Shown one piece after another: positions 37,255-46,503 of a DNA stretch of 55,328 nt. The stretch is from the IMG/VR virus record IMGVR_UViG_3300011269_000004, positions 1 through 55,328 of that record. One strand, given 5' to 3'. The notes under the pieces were generated by a model that was not told the DNA's origin, did no database searches, and saw only the letters and a program-made list of their open reading frames with translations. The position numbers and the translations under genes are program-made. This DNA is from a virus (lineage: Duplodnaviria; Caudoviricetes). Position 1 is the first letter of the stretch; each line of letters starts with the position of its first letter.

Positions 37255-37572
37255 TTATTTCGTGGGCGCTGCTATCTGCGCTTTCAAATCCGCCAACTGC
37301 TTGTTGAACGCCGCTTCCTGTGCCGCCAGTTCCGCTTGCTTCTCAGCCTGAAACTCCTGCCGCGCTAGAGCGATTTGCGCGTCGCATTGCTGCTTGGTGG
37401 ACTGGATGATGCTCTGCGCGTTCGCGCTGTACTGGGCGATTTGCGCTTGCGCATCGGCGTTGGCTTTGGCGATCAAGTCGCTCTCCGCTTTCGAGAGGTC
37501 GGCCTTCAACGTGGCGAGTTGCCCCGTGATAGCCGTTATCGCTTGGTCGAGTCGGTCGCTGAGTGCTGACAT
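37255..37572 (-). CDS. Coiled-coil hypothetical protein
   Basis: Ala/Gln-rich heptads; AAGGTG RBS. Confidence 0.65.
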   Translation of the reverse strand: MSALSDRLDQAITAITGQLATLKADLSKAESDLIAKANADAQAQIAQYSANAQSIIQSTKQQCDAQIALARQEFQAEKQAELAAQEAAFNKQLADLKAQIAAPTK

Positions 37573-37581
37573 CCATCACCT

Positions 37582-38397
37582 TTATACTGGCGCTCCGAAT
37601 TCGTCTGGGTTGGCCGCGCCCAAGTCCGCGAGCATCTTGCTCAGTTCGGGATCGGCAGCCACGTCGTCGCCTAGCCCTTCCAGCCCCTTCTCGGCCACCA
37701 TGCTCTTTTCCGGTTTCTTCGGGCCAGTGGCGGAAGTCGGACGGCCGGATGCAGCCAAGCGCCCGCGTGTCTCGCCTTCCTTGATTCCCTGCTGCCGCGC
37801 TTCGGCCAGTCGTGTCTCGAAATCTTCATCACGGGTCAATTCGACGATGGCCTTCTCCACCGACGGGAAGCCGTACTCGTCGAGGAGTTTGTTGGTTGCG
37901 GCAAATTCACGCACCTTCTCAAAGGTCATGTCTTTGTGCTTGCTGCTCTTGGCCAGTTTCGGAGCCAAGCGGTCGAACTGCCCGCGCCAGCGATCCTGCG
38001 CCCAGATGGTTGCCATGCGCTCGGCGGCCGCGCCGAGTTTCGTCACCGTGTCTTTCAGTTCCTTTACCGTGGCATCCACGGTGCCGTAGCGTTTCTTCAC
38101 CGGCGCCCAGAACGGGTCGGTGTCCAATTCGTCATCGGTCGGAGGATTTTTTTCCTTGCCAACCTTGGCCAATTGTTCATCAAGTTGCTGCTTGAGCGCG
38201 GCGGCTTGCGTGGCGAGATTGGTTACTTCGGTGAACTTGTCCTCGGTGGCCTTCATGCGATCGGCAAGTTCTTGCTGCTTCTTGCGCGACATGCCGCGCA
38301 AGTCTGCGAGCGTACCTTTTTCTCCATTCACAACGATTTCAATGCCATCCGCGAAAGTCTTGTCGTCGTCAAGGATTTTCATCAAATCAAGAGCCAT
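37582..38397 (-). CDS. Capsid scaffolding protein (putative)
   Basis: V.VNGE..TL.DL motif, charged helical, upstream of MCP. Confidence 0.65.
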   Translation of the reverse strand: MALDLMKILDDDKTFADGIEIVVNGEKGTLADLRGMSRKKQQELADRMKATEDKFTEVTNLATQAAALKQQLDEQLAKVGKEKNPPTDDELDTDPFWAPVKKRYGTVDATVKELKDTVTKLGAAAERMATIWAQDRWRGQFDRLAPKLAKSSKHKDMTFEKVREFAATNKLLDEYGFPSVEKAIVELTRDEDFETRLAEARQQGIKEGETRGRLAASGRPTSATGPKKPEKSMVAEKGLEGLGDDVAADPELSKMLADLGAANPDEFGAPV

Positions 38398-38407
38398 GAT
38401 TCATCTC

Positions 38408-38827
38408 CTAGAACATGCCGGGGCTTCTGTTCGTTCCTCCCTCGGCTCCAGGCTGCGGTTGCGCAGCCCCCATCTGAATTGGGTTTCGTACCGCCGCGTT
38501 CACACTGCTGGCTTGCTGCACTTCCTTGATTACTTTGTCGATCTGCGGAATAAGTTTGCTGATTTGGCCGCTGACGTTGGGCAGCCGTTCGAGGTTCTGG
38601 ACAAGCAGGACAGCAAAAATCTGCTTCATCTTCTTCAACTGCGAAAGCAACTGGCCGGGATCTGCGCCCTTCAATTCTGAAACCTGCGAGGCGTAAGCAT
38701 CACCCGCGCCGGGAGTCTCCATGCCCAACCCCGGACCTGCGCCAGGAGCGCCAGCGGGACCGCCCGCAGCACTGCGATTCTGCATCGCGGACATGAGCAT
38801 CTGAAGCGGGCTGGTGCCAGTGGCCAT
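38408..38827 (-). CDS. Hypothetical head-module protein
   Basis: Gly/Pro-rich ends with a helical core. Confidence 0.65.
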   Translation of the reverse strand: MATGTSPLQMLMSAMQNRSAAGGPAGAPGAGPGLGMETPGAGDAYASQVSELKGADPGQLLSQLKKMKQIFAVLLVQNLERLPNVSGQISKLIPQIDKVIKEVQQASSVNAAVRNPIQMGAAQPQPGAEGGTNRSPGMF

Positions 38828-39067
38828 TTATTTCTTTTTCCCGCCGCCTTTGGTTCCGTCCGTCTCGATTTGGTAAATTAAGTCCAGTGGATCGGGGATT
38901 TGCCCCCCATGCACGAATCCGGGAGCTATTTCACCTAAGTCGTTCGGCGGCACAAGTTTGTCGCCTTCGTTGTCCACGCTGATAGGCGAAAGAATATCCG
39001 GCAGGACTCCAGGCATGCCGCGCCCGTAATCATCCGGGTAGAGTGACTTTGAACCTTTCTTAGCCAT
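38828..39067 (-). CDS. Hypothetical protein
   Basis: AAGGAG RBS; abuts next gene. Confidence 0.6.
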   Translation of the reverse strand: MAKKGSKSLYPDDYGRGMPGVLPDILSPISVDNEGDKLVPPNDLGEIAPGFVHGGQIPDPLDLIYQIETDGTKGGGKKK

Positions 39068-39329
39068 CGCCAAGCTCCTTCACGCCGCCGGTCTTTCCGA
39101 CGCCGTATCTACTCTTGCGTCCTTCAGGGAAATCACGAAATGTTCTGGCGGGTACTTCGTTGTGCTCGGGAACCAAGCCGATATTATTTGCAGGGACTTC
39201 GCCGGCAAGCGCGGGCATGTGGCCGAATTGCTTGCCCTTCCAACTGTCGATGCTCGGAGAGAGCAGCACCACGCGCTGGTCGGTTTTCATCGGCGCGCGA
39301 TTATGTAATCCCTTGCTGTTATCTTCCAC
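39060..39329 (-). CDS. Hypothetical protein
   Basis: AAGGGA RBS, GTG start. Confidence 0.55.
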   Translation of the reverse strand: MEDNSKGLHNRAPMKTDQRVVLLSPSIDSWKGKQFGHMPALAGEVPANNIGLVPEHNEVPARTFRDFPEGRKSRYGVGKTGGVKELGDG

Positions 39330-39339
39330 GGTTCCCTTT

Positions 39340-39372
39340 CAAAGAAAGGGGAGTGTTTTGGATCACTCCCCC
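39340..39372 (-). terminator. Possible intrinsic terminator
   Basis: GGGGAGTG-N8-CACTCCCC followed by TTTCTTT on the - strand. Confidence 0.6.
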
Positions 39373-39393
39373 TGACTCATTGGTGAGGCGTTG

Positions 39394-39468
39394 CTACTTG
39401 CGCTTGTGGCGCCTGCCGCCCCGACGACCGCGCTTTTCTGCGATCGGCCCGAATTCATTGCGTTCCAT
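39394..39468 (-). CDS. Arg-rich peptide MERNEFGPIAEKRGRRGGRRHKRK
   Basis: AAGGAG RBS; 24 aa. Confidence 0.55.
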   Translation of the reverse strand: MERNEFGPIAEKRGRRGGRRHKRK

Positions 39469-39533
39469 AAGGCTTGCTCCTTTCCGTGCGACGGTGTTTC
39501 CACCAGAGCAACTCGCACTGACTGCCAACAAAA

Positions 39534-39647
39534 TCAATATCGAGAGCTGCGCCGCCCTCTTCGCCCGCGCCCGCGCTTGCCTTTGCGCTTCTTGCTGCGC
39601 TCCGGCACGGGCACATCGTCTTTGCCGAGGTCCATGCCTTTCTTCAT
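39534..39647 (-). CDS. Arg/Lys-rich peptide (37 aa, not in ORF track)
   Basis: MKKGMDLGKDDVPVPERSKKRKGKRGRGRRGRRSSRY; ATGA overlap. Confidence 0.6.
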   Translation of the reverse strand: MKKGMDLGKDDVPVPERSKKRKGKRGRGRRGRRSSRY

Positions 39648-39763
39648 TTCCTAATTCCTCTACGCCCGTGCATGCGGTGCGCACGGTTTAGACGTTTGGA
39701 CTGCCGCTTACTGGCCATGCGATGCGGCGTGAAACGCTTGACCGCGTAGCGATGCCCTCTCAC
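39644..39763 (-). CDS. Arg-rich peptide (39 aa, not in ORF track)
   Basis: MRGHRYAVKRFTPHRMASKRQSKRLNRAHRMHGRRGIRK; GGAGG RBS, GTGA overlap. Confidence 0.6.
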   Translation of the reverse strand: MRGHRYAVKRFTPHRMASKRQSKRLNRAHRMHGRRGIRK

Positions 39764-39870
39764 CGGCGCCTCCGAGCGCGACGCCGCCCGTGATCGAAAC
39801 GCTTGGCTTGCGTCTTGCTGCCCATGCGATGAGGCCCGAATCTTTTTACTGCGTAGCCGCGTTTGGCCAT
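39760..39870 (-). CDS. Arg-rich peptide (36 aa, not in ORF track)
   Basis: MAKRGYAVKRFGPHRMGSKTQAKRFDHGRRRARRRR; GGGAGG RBS, TGATG overlap. Confidence 0.65.
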   Translation of the reverse strand: MAKRGYAVKRFGPHRMGSKTQAKRFDHGRRRARRRR

Positions 39871-40097
39871 CAGGCAGCCTCCCGGCAATACTCCATGTTG
39901 GTGAGCGCTTGTGCCTGCAAGTGCTGCATGAATTCTCGGTCCTTCAGGTTACAGACGTTGGCGTGAGGCTCGTAGAACGCGGGATACTTCTGGCCGTCGA
40001 TGGCGAACTGCGCCAGCCAGTTCTCGCCTTCCTTGCGGAGAGTGATTAACTCGAAGCGATGGCCTGCGGTCTCAAGTGAGTTGACAACATCGAGCAC
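39870..40097 (-). CDS. Hypothetical protein
   Basis: Coupled to downstream peptide. Confidence 0.6.
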   Translation of the reverse strand: MLDVVNSLETAGHRFELITLRKEGENWLAQFAIDGQKYPAFYEPHANVCNLKDREFMQHLQAQALTNMEYCREAA

Positions 40098-40112
40098 GCT
40101 GCGAGTGTAAAG

Positions 40113-40340
40113 TTATAGTACCGCTTGCTGTCTAGAGGGGTCTGAACGGAATGTACGATATTCTGAGTGCGGCACGCCAATAATCCAGTGGCCGGTGGCA
40201 TCTTTTTTGATTTTGTAGCCTAATTCGAGAGCGTAACCGCTTGCGCACCAGCGGCGCAAGGTGAGTGAACTTCGGTTGTACTCCCGCGCGACAGTCGAGA
40301 GCGGCACCCAAACTATTTCACCGTCAGGTTGAGGTTTCAA
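40113..40340 (-). CDS. HTH DNA-binding protein (MerR/excisionase-like)
   Basis: PLSTVAREYNRSSLTLRRWC.SG...GHW.I. Confidence 0.7.
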   Translation of the reverse strand: MKPQPDGEIVWVPLSTVAREYNRSSLTLRRWCASGYALELGYKIKKDATGHWIIGVPHSEYRTFRSDPSRQQAVL

Positions 40341-40807
40341 GAATTGGCTCTCCCGGCTGGAATCGAACCAACATCAGCCTCCGTCGAGGCCCGCGACCCC
40401 TCAGTTAGAACTGAGTGCTCTGCCACTGAGCTACGGGAGAATGTCGTTTCGTTGCAGGCGCATTTCCACGGCCTTAAAACTTTCAGCACACGCGACTGAT
40501 TCTTTTCAATCGGGTAGGTAGCAATCGCTGTTAAATGTTCTCCGTTAATAATCCGGTCTGTGTCCCGGTACTCGACGAACATCACACATTCGTTCGTCAG
40601 GTCTTGACATAATTTTTCAAGTTCCAGCTTTCCCGCAACGGAAAGAATAATGATGTCTTTGTCCTGCACATCCACTTGCGGCAAGAGGCGCTGGAGTTTT
40701 GCTACAACGTGAACAGCGTGAGAAGCGATTCGTCCTGAAGTCATGCACAGTTTGCGGTCGGACAAGTCAAGATTACGCAACACAACGACATAAATACGTT
40801 CAGTCAT
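40337..40807 (-). CDS. Peptidyl-tRNA hydrolase Pth2-like protein
   Basis: IYVVV...L....MT.GRIASHAVH, IIILSV....L..L, E..D....LTAIA..P motifs. Confidence 0.7.
   Translation of the reverse strand: MTERIYVVVLRNLDLSDRKLCMTSGRIASHAVHVVAKLQRLLPQVDVQDKDIIILSVAGKLELEKLCQDLTNECVMFVEYRDTDRIINGEHLTAIATYPIEKNQSRVLKVLRPWKCACNETTFSRSSVAEHSVLTEGSRASTEADVGSIPAGRANS
40345..40440 (-). tRNA. Atypical tRNA-like element (6-nt anticodon loop containing CUA; enlarged variable region)
   Basis: TCTCCCG/CGGGAGA acceptor stem, G-CCA end, GCTC-AGTGGCA-GAGC D arm, GTTGG-TTCGATT-CCAGC T arm. Confidence 0.7.
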
Positions 40808-42537
40808 CGCGGCCTCTTGAGTTTTCCCATCGCCGCCAATTCCTTCTCGCGCAAATTTTCCTCGGCGAGTTCTTCCGCTTGCGGCAAACCCAAATTTTCC
40901 AACAGATACTTGGTGGGGATGAGTCCTGCTTTACCAAGCCCGCTTACGATACTCCGCAGCGCCGCCGCGCTCATCACTTGCAGAGAACCTTCATCCAGTT
41001 CGATGTCGTAGTCGCTGATGTCGCCCACTGGTTTCCACTGCGAGAATTGCGCTTCGCCGCGCTCGATGCGCATCAGGCGGTCGCTCAAGTTGCGATACCG
41101 CGCGTCCACGTAGAAAATGATTTGCGCGAGCCGCTGTAGTTTCTCGGCAAGCATTCTCCCGCGCAAGCGGGTCATCGGCTGCGACTGCCAAAGCGTTGCG
41201 TCGAATAGTTCTGGAGAAATGTTCCCCTGCCCAGGCTGGCCTTGCCGCGCTGCGGTATAGCCCTGCAACTCCTTCTGCAGCGCGAGCAGCGACGCTGGAA
41301 CGTTCAGCATGTGCTGCGGAAGGGGAGGGATAGGAACCACAGTCGGCGGGTCGGAGCCAGCGTTAATCATCAGCACTTCGCCAGGGAGCCAGCCAATGCC
41401 TTGCGGGTCGAGGCCGGTATTGTTCTTGATGATGATTACGCCGTTGTTCGTCCTGACGATGTTCTCGAATACCTGCGTGTACAAGCGCTCGCTCAAGTTC
41501 TGTAAAGTGCGTGTCAGTTTTACCGGAGGCGGTCCCCAAAAGTTCGTGATCGTGGGCATCGCGGGAATACGAATCAGTGGGAAGGTTCCCAAATCATCGT
41601 CGGGAAGTTGCGGGCACCAATTGTTGCCGTCCGCGAGAATCACGTCCTCGCATTCCGTTATCCAGCGCCCATCAGGATATTTGTACTGGAAGCGGGGATG
41701 CACCAGTTCTTGAATCTCGCTGGCTGTGCCCGCATAGTCTTTTACCTTCTCGCGCGTGTTGTCGAACAGGTAGCAGTGGCGCAGACATACGCGGTTGTCG
41801 CGGAAGATTTTACGATCCTGTGTGCCTTGCTGCGATAGCGGGCTGGCTTCGGGAAACTCCAGCGTGCCGGGTACATTCGCGCCAGGGTCGGCATCAGCCA
41901 TGTACATATGCGGCCGGACAAAGCGTCCGCGTTCAGGAAAGCGCCGGTAAATTTCGTCCAAATAAACCCAATCCTCAAAGATTAGCCATGACCAATCGCT
42001 GTCGGATTTCGCGTAAGGGTCGGGGAAAACTGTTTTCGGTTCTCGGCTTTGCAGCCAGGTAACGCCTTTGCCTTTGCGTGCCGTAGGATTGAAGCCCACT
42101 TGCAGGAAACCAAGATTCGACAGCATGGCCCACACCATTGTTTCAAGGATGCGGTTGTTGAACGAGCCTTGCCGCCAAGCGGACTGGAAATACTTCTCGC
42201 GGTCCTTGTCGCGGTCGCTGCCTTTTGTGATGTACACCTTTGGCGAGGAATCGGTGATGTCGGTTGCTTCGTTCAGGACTAGGGTTTGCAACTGAGGAAT
42301 CTGAACACGAGGACGGAAGGAAGGAAAGTTCGGCTGGTCATCTTCTAGGTTGTAAAATGCCTCGATGTCCTCGAAGTAGTTCTTGCCTAACGCTTTGTCG
42401 CGCTCGTACTGGCTGATTCTTTGCAGTTCGTCGATTTGCCGCGCTACGCGCTTGTCGTCGGAGAGATGGTCTAGCAACGATTTAGTTTTTGAGCCTGTCG
42501 AGACTGCCTCATACCCAACGAACAGAGGATAGCCCAT
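40804..42537 (-). CDS. Portal protein
   Basis: 577 aa after terminase; P..VFPDP.A, FPL........FWG, L..EL....G...ARQG motifs. Confidence 0.85.
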   Translation of the reverse strand: MGYPLFVGYEAVSTGSKTKSLLDHLSDDKRVARQIDELQRISQYERDKALGKNYFEDIEAFYNLEDDQPNFPSFRPRVQIPQLQTLVLNEATDITDSSPKVYITKGSDRDKDREKYFQSAWRQGSFNNRILETMVWAMLSNLGFLQVGFNPTARKGKGVTWLQSREPKTVFPDPYAKSDSDWSWLIFEDWVYLDEIYRRFPERGRFVRPHMYMADADPGANVPGTLEFPEASPLSQQGTQDRKIFRDNRVCLRHCYLFDNTREKVKDYAGTASEIQELVHPRFQYKYPDGRWITECEDVILADGNNWCPQLPDDDLGTFPLIRIPAMPTITNFWGPPPVKLTRTLQNLSERLYTQVFENIVRTNNGVIIIKNNTGLDPQGIGWLPGEVLMINAGSDPPTVVPIPPLPQHMLNVPASLLALQKELQGYTAARQGQPGQGNISPELFDATLWQSQPMTRLRGRMLAEKLQRLAQIIFYVDARYRNLSDRLMRIERGEAQFSQWKPVGDISDYDIELDEGSLQVMSAAALRSIVSGLGKAGLIPTKYLLENLGLPQAEELAEENLREKELAAMGKLKRPR

Positions 42538-43017
42538 CTATTCGGTCCTCTTCTTTGGCGGGCGTCCGCGCTTCTTAGGCTCCTCGGATGAGAGCCACTC
42601 GGCAAGAAAATCTCCCGGTGCCTGTTGCGAGCCGGATTCGCTCTTGCGGAACGATTCAATCTCCGTGGCCATCCCGATCAAGTCCTTGGGACTCATCAAT
42701 CCCGCGCTGATAAATACGTGTGCGTTCAGCATGAGTTTATCTTCTAGCGCGGCCCATGCTCCAGAACGGCCGTCAGCGCGCAGTTTAACAAACTCGGTGC
42801 CGATGTGCTCTAAAAGGTGGACGGCTTGCGCCCTGCTGATTTCTAGGGCTGCGTCCCTTCTCTCCGAATTTGACGGACTGTTCTCTGGCGGGCTATCTCC
42901 CGCTCCGCTCTCGACAACTCCTCGTCGGTCAACGGCGAGCGACTGCCCGTTCTTTGCGTCGGGGGTACTGCTGCTGCTCTTGGCTGGACTGCTGCGCTCT
43001 GCGGTTGCTGGCGGCAT
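42538..43017 (-). CDS. Hypothetical protein with C-terminal AT-hook (start uncertain)
   Basis: KKRGRPPKK; stop abuts portal ATG; overlaps upstream ORF. Confidence 0.5.
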   Translation of the reverse strand: MPPATAERSSPAKSSSSTPDAKNGQSLAVDRRGVVESGAGDSPPENSPSNSERRDAALEISRAQAVHLLEHIGTEFVKLRADGRSGAWAALEDKLMLNAHVFISAGLMSPKDLIGMATEIESFRKSESGSQQAPGDFLAEWLSSEEPKKRGRPPKKRTE

Positions 43018-43241
43018 TCTGCCTCGACAGGATAGATGGCTGAGTGCTTCGAGTCGAAGCGTAGCACCAGTTCATCCTTTTTGTCATCCACATCCTCGAA
43101 TAGCCGGAAGGATTCTTCTTCCAGTTTGCGCATCTTGGCGCGTTTGATGTGGATTTCTCCGCCGCGCTCTTGCGCGAGAATAGCGAGGATGCGCGTCAGG
43201 TAGCGGATGGCACCTTGCGGAGTGGTGTCAACGGGAGGCAT
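42843..43241 (-). CDS. Hypothetical protein
   Basis: Starts just after the terminase stop. Confidence 0.6.
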   Translation of the reverse strand: MPPVDTTPQGAIRYLTRILAILAQERGGEIHIKRAKMRKLEEESFRLFEDVDDKKDELVLRFDSKHSAIYPVEAECRQQPQSAAVQPRAAAVPPTQRTGSRSPLTDEELSRAEREIARQRTVRQIRREGTQP

Positions 43242-43242
43242 T

Positions 43243-45003
43243 TCAAATCCTTCCTAATACCGAGTGCTGTTTCATTCGGTTGGGCCGCATGATGAATGCC
43301 AAATCTCGTTTCAGCGCGTCGTGCAAGGTGGCTTGAGGCTTGAGCGCCGCTTCTATCGAGGCCTGACGCGATTCTTTGGTCTCCAGATAGTTCGCCTTGT
43401 AGTTGGCGATGTTCGGCGGAGGATACTGCGCGCAGGCGATGACAGCAAGCAAAGCGGCAAACAAAATATCATCATGGCCGTGCTCGATCTCCCATCGCCC
43501 GCCGATTCCCATCGTGGCCATGTCCATCTGCCGGAGGAGTTCTTCGTCCTTGACTTCCAGCCCGCCGGGAACATTCTTCATGCCCTCGCGGAGTTTACCA
43601 CGGAAAGTGGAATAGAGCAGATCGCGGGTGCGCGCGGTTGTTTCCCATCCGAGAGAATGCCGCTTGCCTTTTCCGTAGGTGGCATCATCCTTGCCGCGCC
43701 ACACGTAGAGGTTCGGGTAGTAGTAAGTGTCGCGCATCAACTTCTGCGCCCACAGGCCGAGGTTCCCGGTCAACTCGATGTTGACCATCGCGTTGTTGTA
43801 CCAGCGCCCCACTTTATCGAGGTCGTCGGCAATCACTTCAGGATTAACCCAGTCAGAGAAGCGCGCAACAAACTTTCCGGTGGTGCCGTTGAGCACGTAG
43901 TAGGCTGCGAAGTCTCCGGTGGCGAGTCCAGTATCCGCTTCGAGTCCTCGCGCGCAGTCCGCGCCGACGTAATACCAGCACTTGTCGCGCGGCTTTTCCC
44001 AAACGAGCAGTTTGCCCTTGCTGTTCTCGACCAGCATCGGCTTGTCGCCGGAGCGTTCAAGATGTCCTGTGACGATAGGAGCCTTGATGGTCTTTCGCGC
44101 GTACTGCAATTCTTGCGCGTTGAAAGCGGGGTCGCCGGTAGCGACGAAGGCTACAGTAGGAGTCCACGGGTATTCCTGCGAGAATTTCGCTTCGCTTCCG
44201 TCGCACTCGCCTTCAAGCACCAAGCGCATCCACGCTATCTGACCGCGCGTGGCGTTGAATGGCTTCTTCATCAACTCGCGTTCTAGGTCCGATGCTGGCG
44301 CGTCCGAGGCTTCCGATGCCAACCGTTTACAGGCGGGGTCATCTAGCCACGAGAGGAAGATAGGCGTATATCCGTTCCAGTCTTTTCCCTTCTTGTTAGC
44401 TCGGTTCCAGAATTCGTAGAATGTTTGACCGATACCCACACGCCCGAAGGCAGTAGACTCAAGAGCGATGATAGTATCCGGCGCCTTCGAGACTGCGGGT
44501 AAAATTCCGAGGAATGAATCTGACCCAGGATATTGAGCAGCTTCCGACAAATGTAACGCTGTAAGGGTGAGTCCTCGCCCTCCGCCAACGGAGCCGGCGG
44601 TCGCAATATCAAGTCGAGAGTCTCCGTCTTGATGATGAAAGATAAGGTCACGTGTACGAACTTCGCAGCATTCGGCTTTGATGTTGAGAGCTTCTCCGAG
44701 GTCGCGTGGGACACGGAACAATCCCTTCTCTGATACTTCTTTCAGGTGCGCCACGATTTCCGCGTGCGCTTGTACACGAGCGAGACAGTGGCAAAACAAA
44801 AGCGCGTCCATGAACGATGACATGCCTACCCTACGTGCTTTCAAAATCAGGACGCGGATCCATTTGCTTAATTCGTAGGCTTGTTTAATAGCGTCAAACG
44901 CTTTAACTTGATTAGGATTTAAAATAAAAGGCACAGAAACATTCAAGTCTCTGTCTTTCACTGGCAGTTTAGCTAATAGCCTGCGCGCTCGGTCAAGATT
45001 CAT
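43243..45003 (-). CDS. terL: Terminase large subunit
   Basis: LNPNQ Q-motif, LKARRVGMSS Walker A, LHLSEAA Walker B, ESTA motif III, GADCARG..D and HDD nuclease motifs. Confidence 0.95.
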   Translation of the reverse strand: MNLDRARRLLAKLPVKDRDLNVSVPFILNPNQVKAFDAIKQAYELSKWIRVLILKARRVGMSSFMDALLFCHCLARVQAHAEIVAHLKEVSEKGLFRVPRDLGEALNIKAECCEVRTRDLIFHHQDGDSRLDIATAGSVGGGRGLTLTALHLSEAAQYPGSDSFLGILPAVSKAPDTIIALESTAFGRVGIGQTFYEFWNRANKKGKDWNGYTPIFLSWLDDPACKRLASEASDAPASDLERELMKKPFNATRGQIAWMRLVLEGECDGSEAKFSQEYPWTPTVAFVATGDPAFNAQELQYARKTIKAPIVTGHLERSGDKPMLVENSKGKLLVWEKPRDKCWYYVGADCARGLEADTGLATGDFAAYYVLNGTTGKFVARFSDWVNPEVIADDLDKVGRWYNNAMVNIELTGNLGLWAQKLMRDTYYYPNLYVWRGKDDATYGKGKRHSLGWETTARTRDLLYSTFRGKLREGMKNVPGGLEVKDEELLRQMDMATMGIGGRWEIEHGHDDILFAALLAVIACAQYPPPNIANYKANYLETKESRQASIEAALKPQATLHDALKRDLAFIMRPNRMKQHSVLGRI

Positions 45004-45733
45004 TGGCGCGTCTCTTCCCCCAAGACTTGCGTGATGCCTGCGCGGCGAGTTCTCTCTGTTCAGGTTTCGCCCAACGACGCAGTTGCGCCTGCCGCTTGCG
45101 CTCTAATGTTTCTGGATTATCTTTCATTCCTGTACGCGATGGGTTTCCTATTCGCATTGCGCTGAGTTTAGCGCAAGTTTCTGGAGACATTTTCTGGCCG
45201 CGATTCCATGCAACCCTTCCTCTGTTGACTTTAAGCGCCTTTTCATAAGCGTGCGGAGGAGGCTTTATTCCATTTCGTTTCAATCCTTCACTAATTGCCT
45301 TCCGCGCTTTTTCTGAGAACGGGCCGCGTGGTCCGGTTTTTATTCCTTTACGGGCCACACTAAGGGCAATGCGCTGGCTTTCTGGCATTCGAATCCCACG
45401 CCTGCACTTTCCCCAACCATCTATGCCGCCTTCTGAAGTATTTGTTAGTGGCACTCCGCTCTGTCGGAAGAAATTAATCCACCACTTTTCGTAGGTTCCC
45501 CAAGCAGAGAGAAAAACCCATTCAAGAACTGACAATCGAGGTTTCTTGCATTGGTCGTGCAATCGACGTAGCCAACGACATACGTGGGTGTTATATCCGT
45601 TGGATTTCTTACAGATAGAATCTTTCAGATGAGTTCGATAGCGTCTGCGCAAATCTGAGGTCTTTCCTACGTAGCGACACACACCAGTATCAGGATCGCA
45701 GAGCGCGTAGATAAACACGCGGCATGGTATCAT
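44993..45733 (-). CDS. GIY-YIG homing endonuclease with NUMOD3-like repeats
   Basis: FIYAL.DP....RYVGKT....R...H, E..WI, LTN...GG, AWNRG.KMS.ET..K.S. Confidence 0.85.
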   Translation of the reverse strand: MIPCRVFIYALCDPDTGVCRYVGKTSDLRRRYRTHLKDSICKKSNGYNTHVCRWLRRLHDQCKKPRLSVLEWVFLSAWGTYEKWWINFFRQSGVPLTNTSEGGIDGWGKCRRGIRMPESQRIALSVARKGIKTGPRGPFSEKARKAISEGLKRNGIKPPPHAYEKALKVNRGRVAWNRGQKMSPETCAKLSAMRIGNPSRTGMKDNPETLERKRQAQLRRWAKPEQRELAAQASRKSWGKRRANES

Positions 45734-46341
45734 CAGTGTCGGCTAAGAGCAGCTAACGGTTTCGACTGTTGATAAGCCATGTAACAGAGCATGGAGCAGC
45801 AGCATATCGTCCGTATGTTCCCATCCTTGTCTTTGTACCCGTTGTCTATGAATACAGCCTTGCCGATGTCTGGCAAGGTGTGACGGCATTGAGCCAAGGC
45901 GTTTCTGGGAACGAGTTCCTTGTGCTCCTGACTCCAGCATTTGTAGATGACAGGTACGCGCGACTGGCGCGATAGGACAATCTGCGCTGCGCGGTCGTAT
46001 TCTCGCTTGAGGTCGTTCAACCTTTCCACGGCTTGCTGTAGCGGGGATTCGTGCCAGTCGAAGGGCATGGTGCGCGTGATGTTGGCTAAAACTTCTTTTT
46101 CTACCTGCGCGTGGCGGGCAGCATCTTCGTTCTGTGCCTTTCGCATTTTGCGCGCACCTTCTTCGGTGGCCAAGTCCGCTCCAATAAGATGTTGAGGAGG
46201 TTGCGAGTTGCTGGCGGTTCCCTCAGTCGTCGCTGTTCCTGTAGCTTGCACTTGCGCCTTTAGCTTTCGGTCAGCGGCGTTCTTGAGGCGCGTGGCTACG
46301 GCCTTAGCGCGTTCAGCGGCGGTAAATTTATGTCCTGGCAT
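45733..46341 (-). CDS. Hypothetical protein upstream of terL (terminase small subunit candidate)
   Basis: GGAGAAGG RBS; position only. Confidence 0.5.
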   Translation of the reverse strand: MPGHKFTAAERAKAVATRLKNAADRKLKAQVQATGTATTEGTASNSQPPQHLIGADLATEEGARKMRKAQNEDAARHAQVEKEVLANITRTMPFDWHESPLQQAVERLNDLKREYDRAAQIVLSRQSRVPVIYKCWSQEHKELVPRNALAQCRHTLPDIGKAVFIDNGYKDKDGNIRTICCCSMLCYMAYQQSKPLAALSRH

Positions 46342-46503
46342 TTTCCTTCTCCTTCTGTCCAGCGTGATAGTTCTTCCAGAACAAAGTACCACGGCACGAA
46401 CAGGAAAAATTCTCGGCAGTCTTTACGTCCTTGTCGAACAGTTCTCCAACCTTGACCATTGGCTGATTGCAGTGCGGACATATTGGCTGTGTTTCTGGAA
46501 GGC

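Noticed and set aside
38828-39329. Possible paralogy of the two small ORFs (LSP...VP.N..G)
   Set aside because: Similarity too short to support by eye
40345-40440. Genome-wide amber recoding
   Set aside because: Long genes are intact in the standard code and TAG serves as a normal stop; the anticodon loop is non-canonical
40113-40440. Excisionase plus tRNA fragment as attP/integration module
   Set aside because: No integrase recognised anywhere; the element is a full cloverleaf inside the late operon
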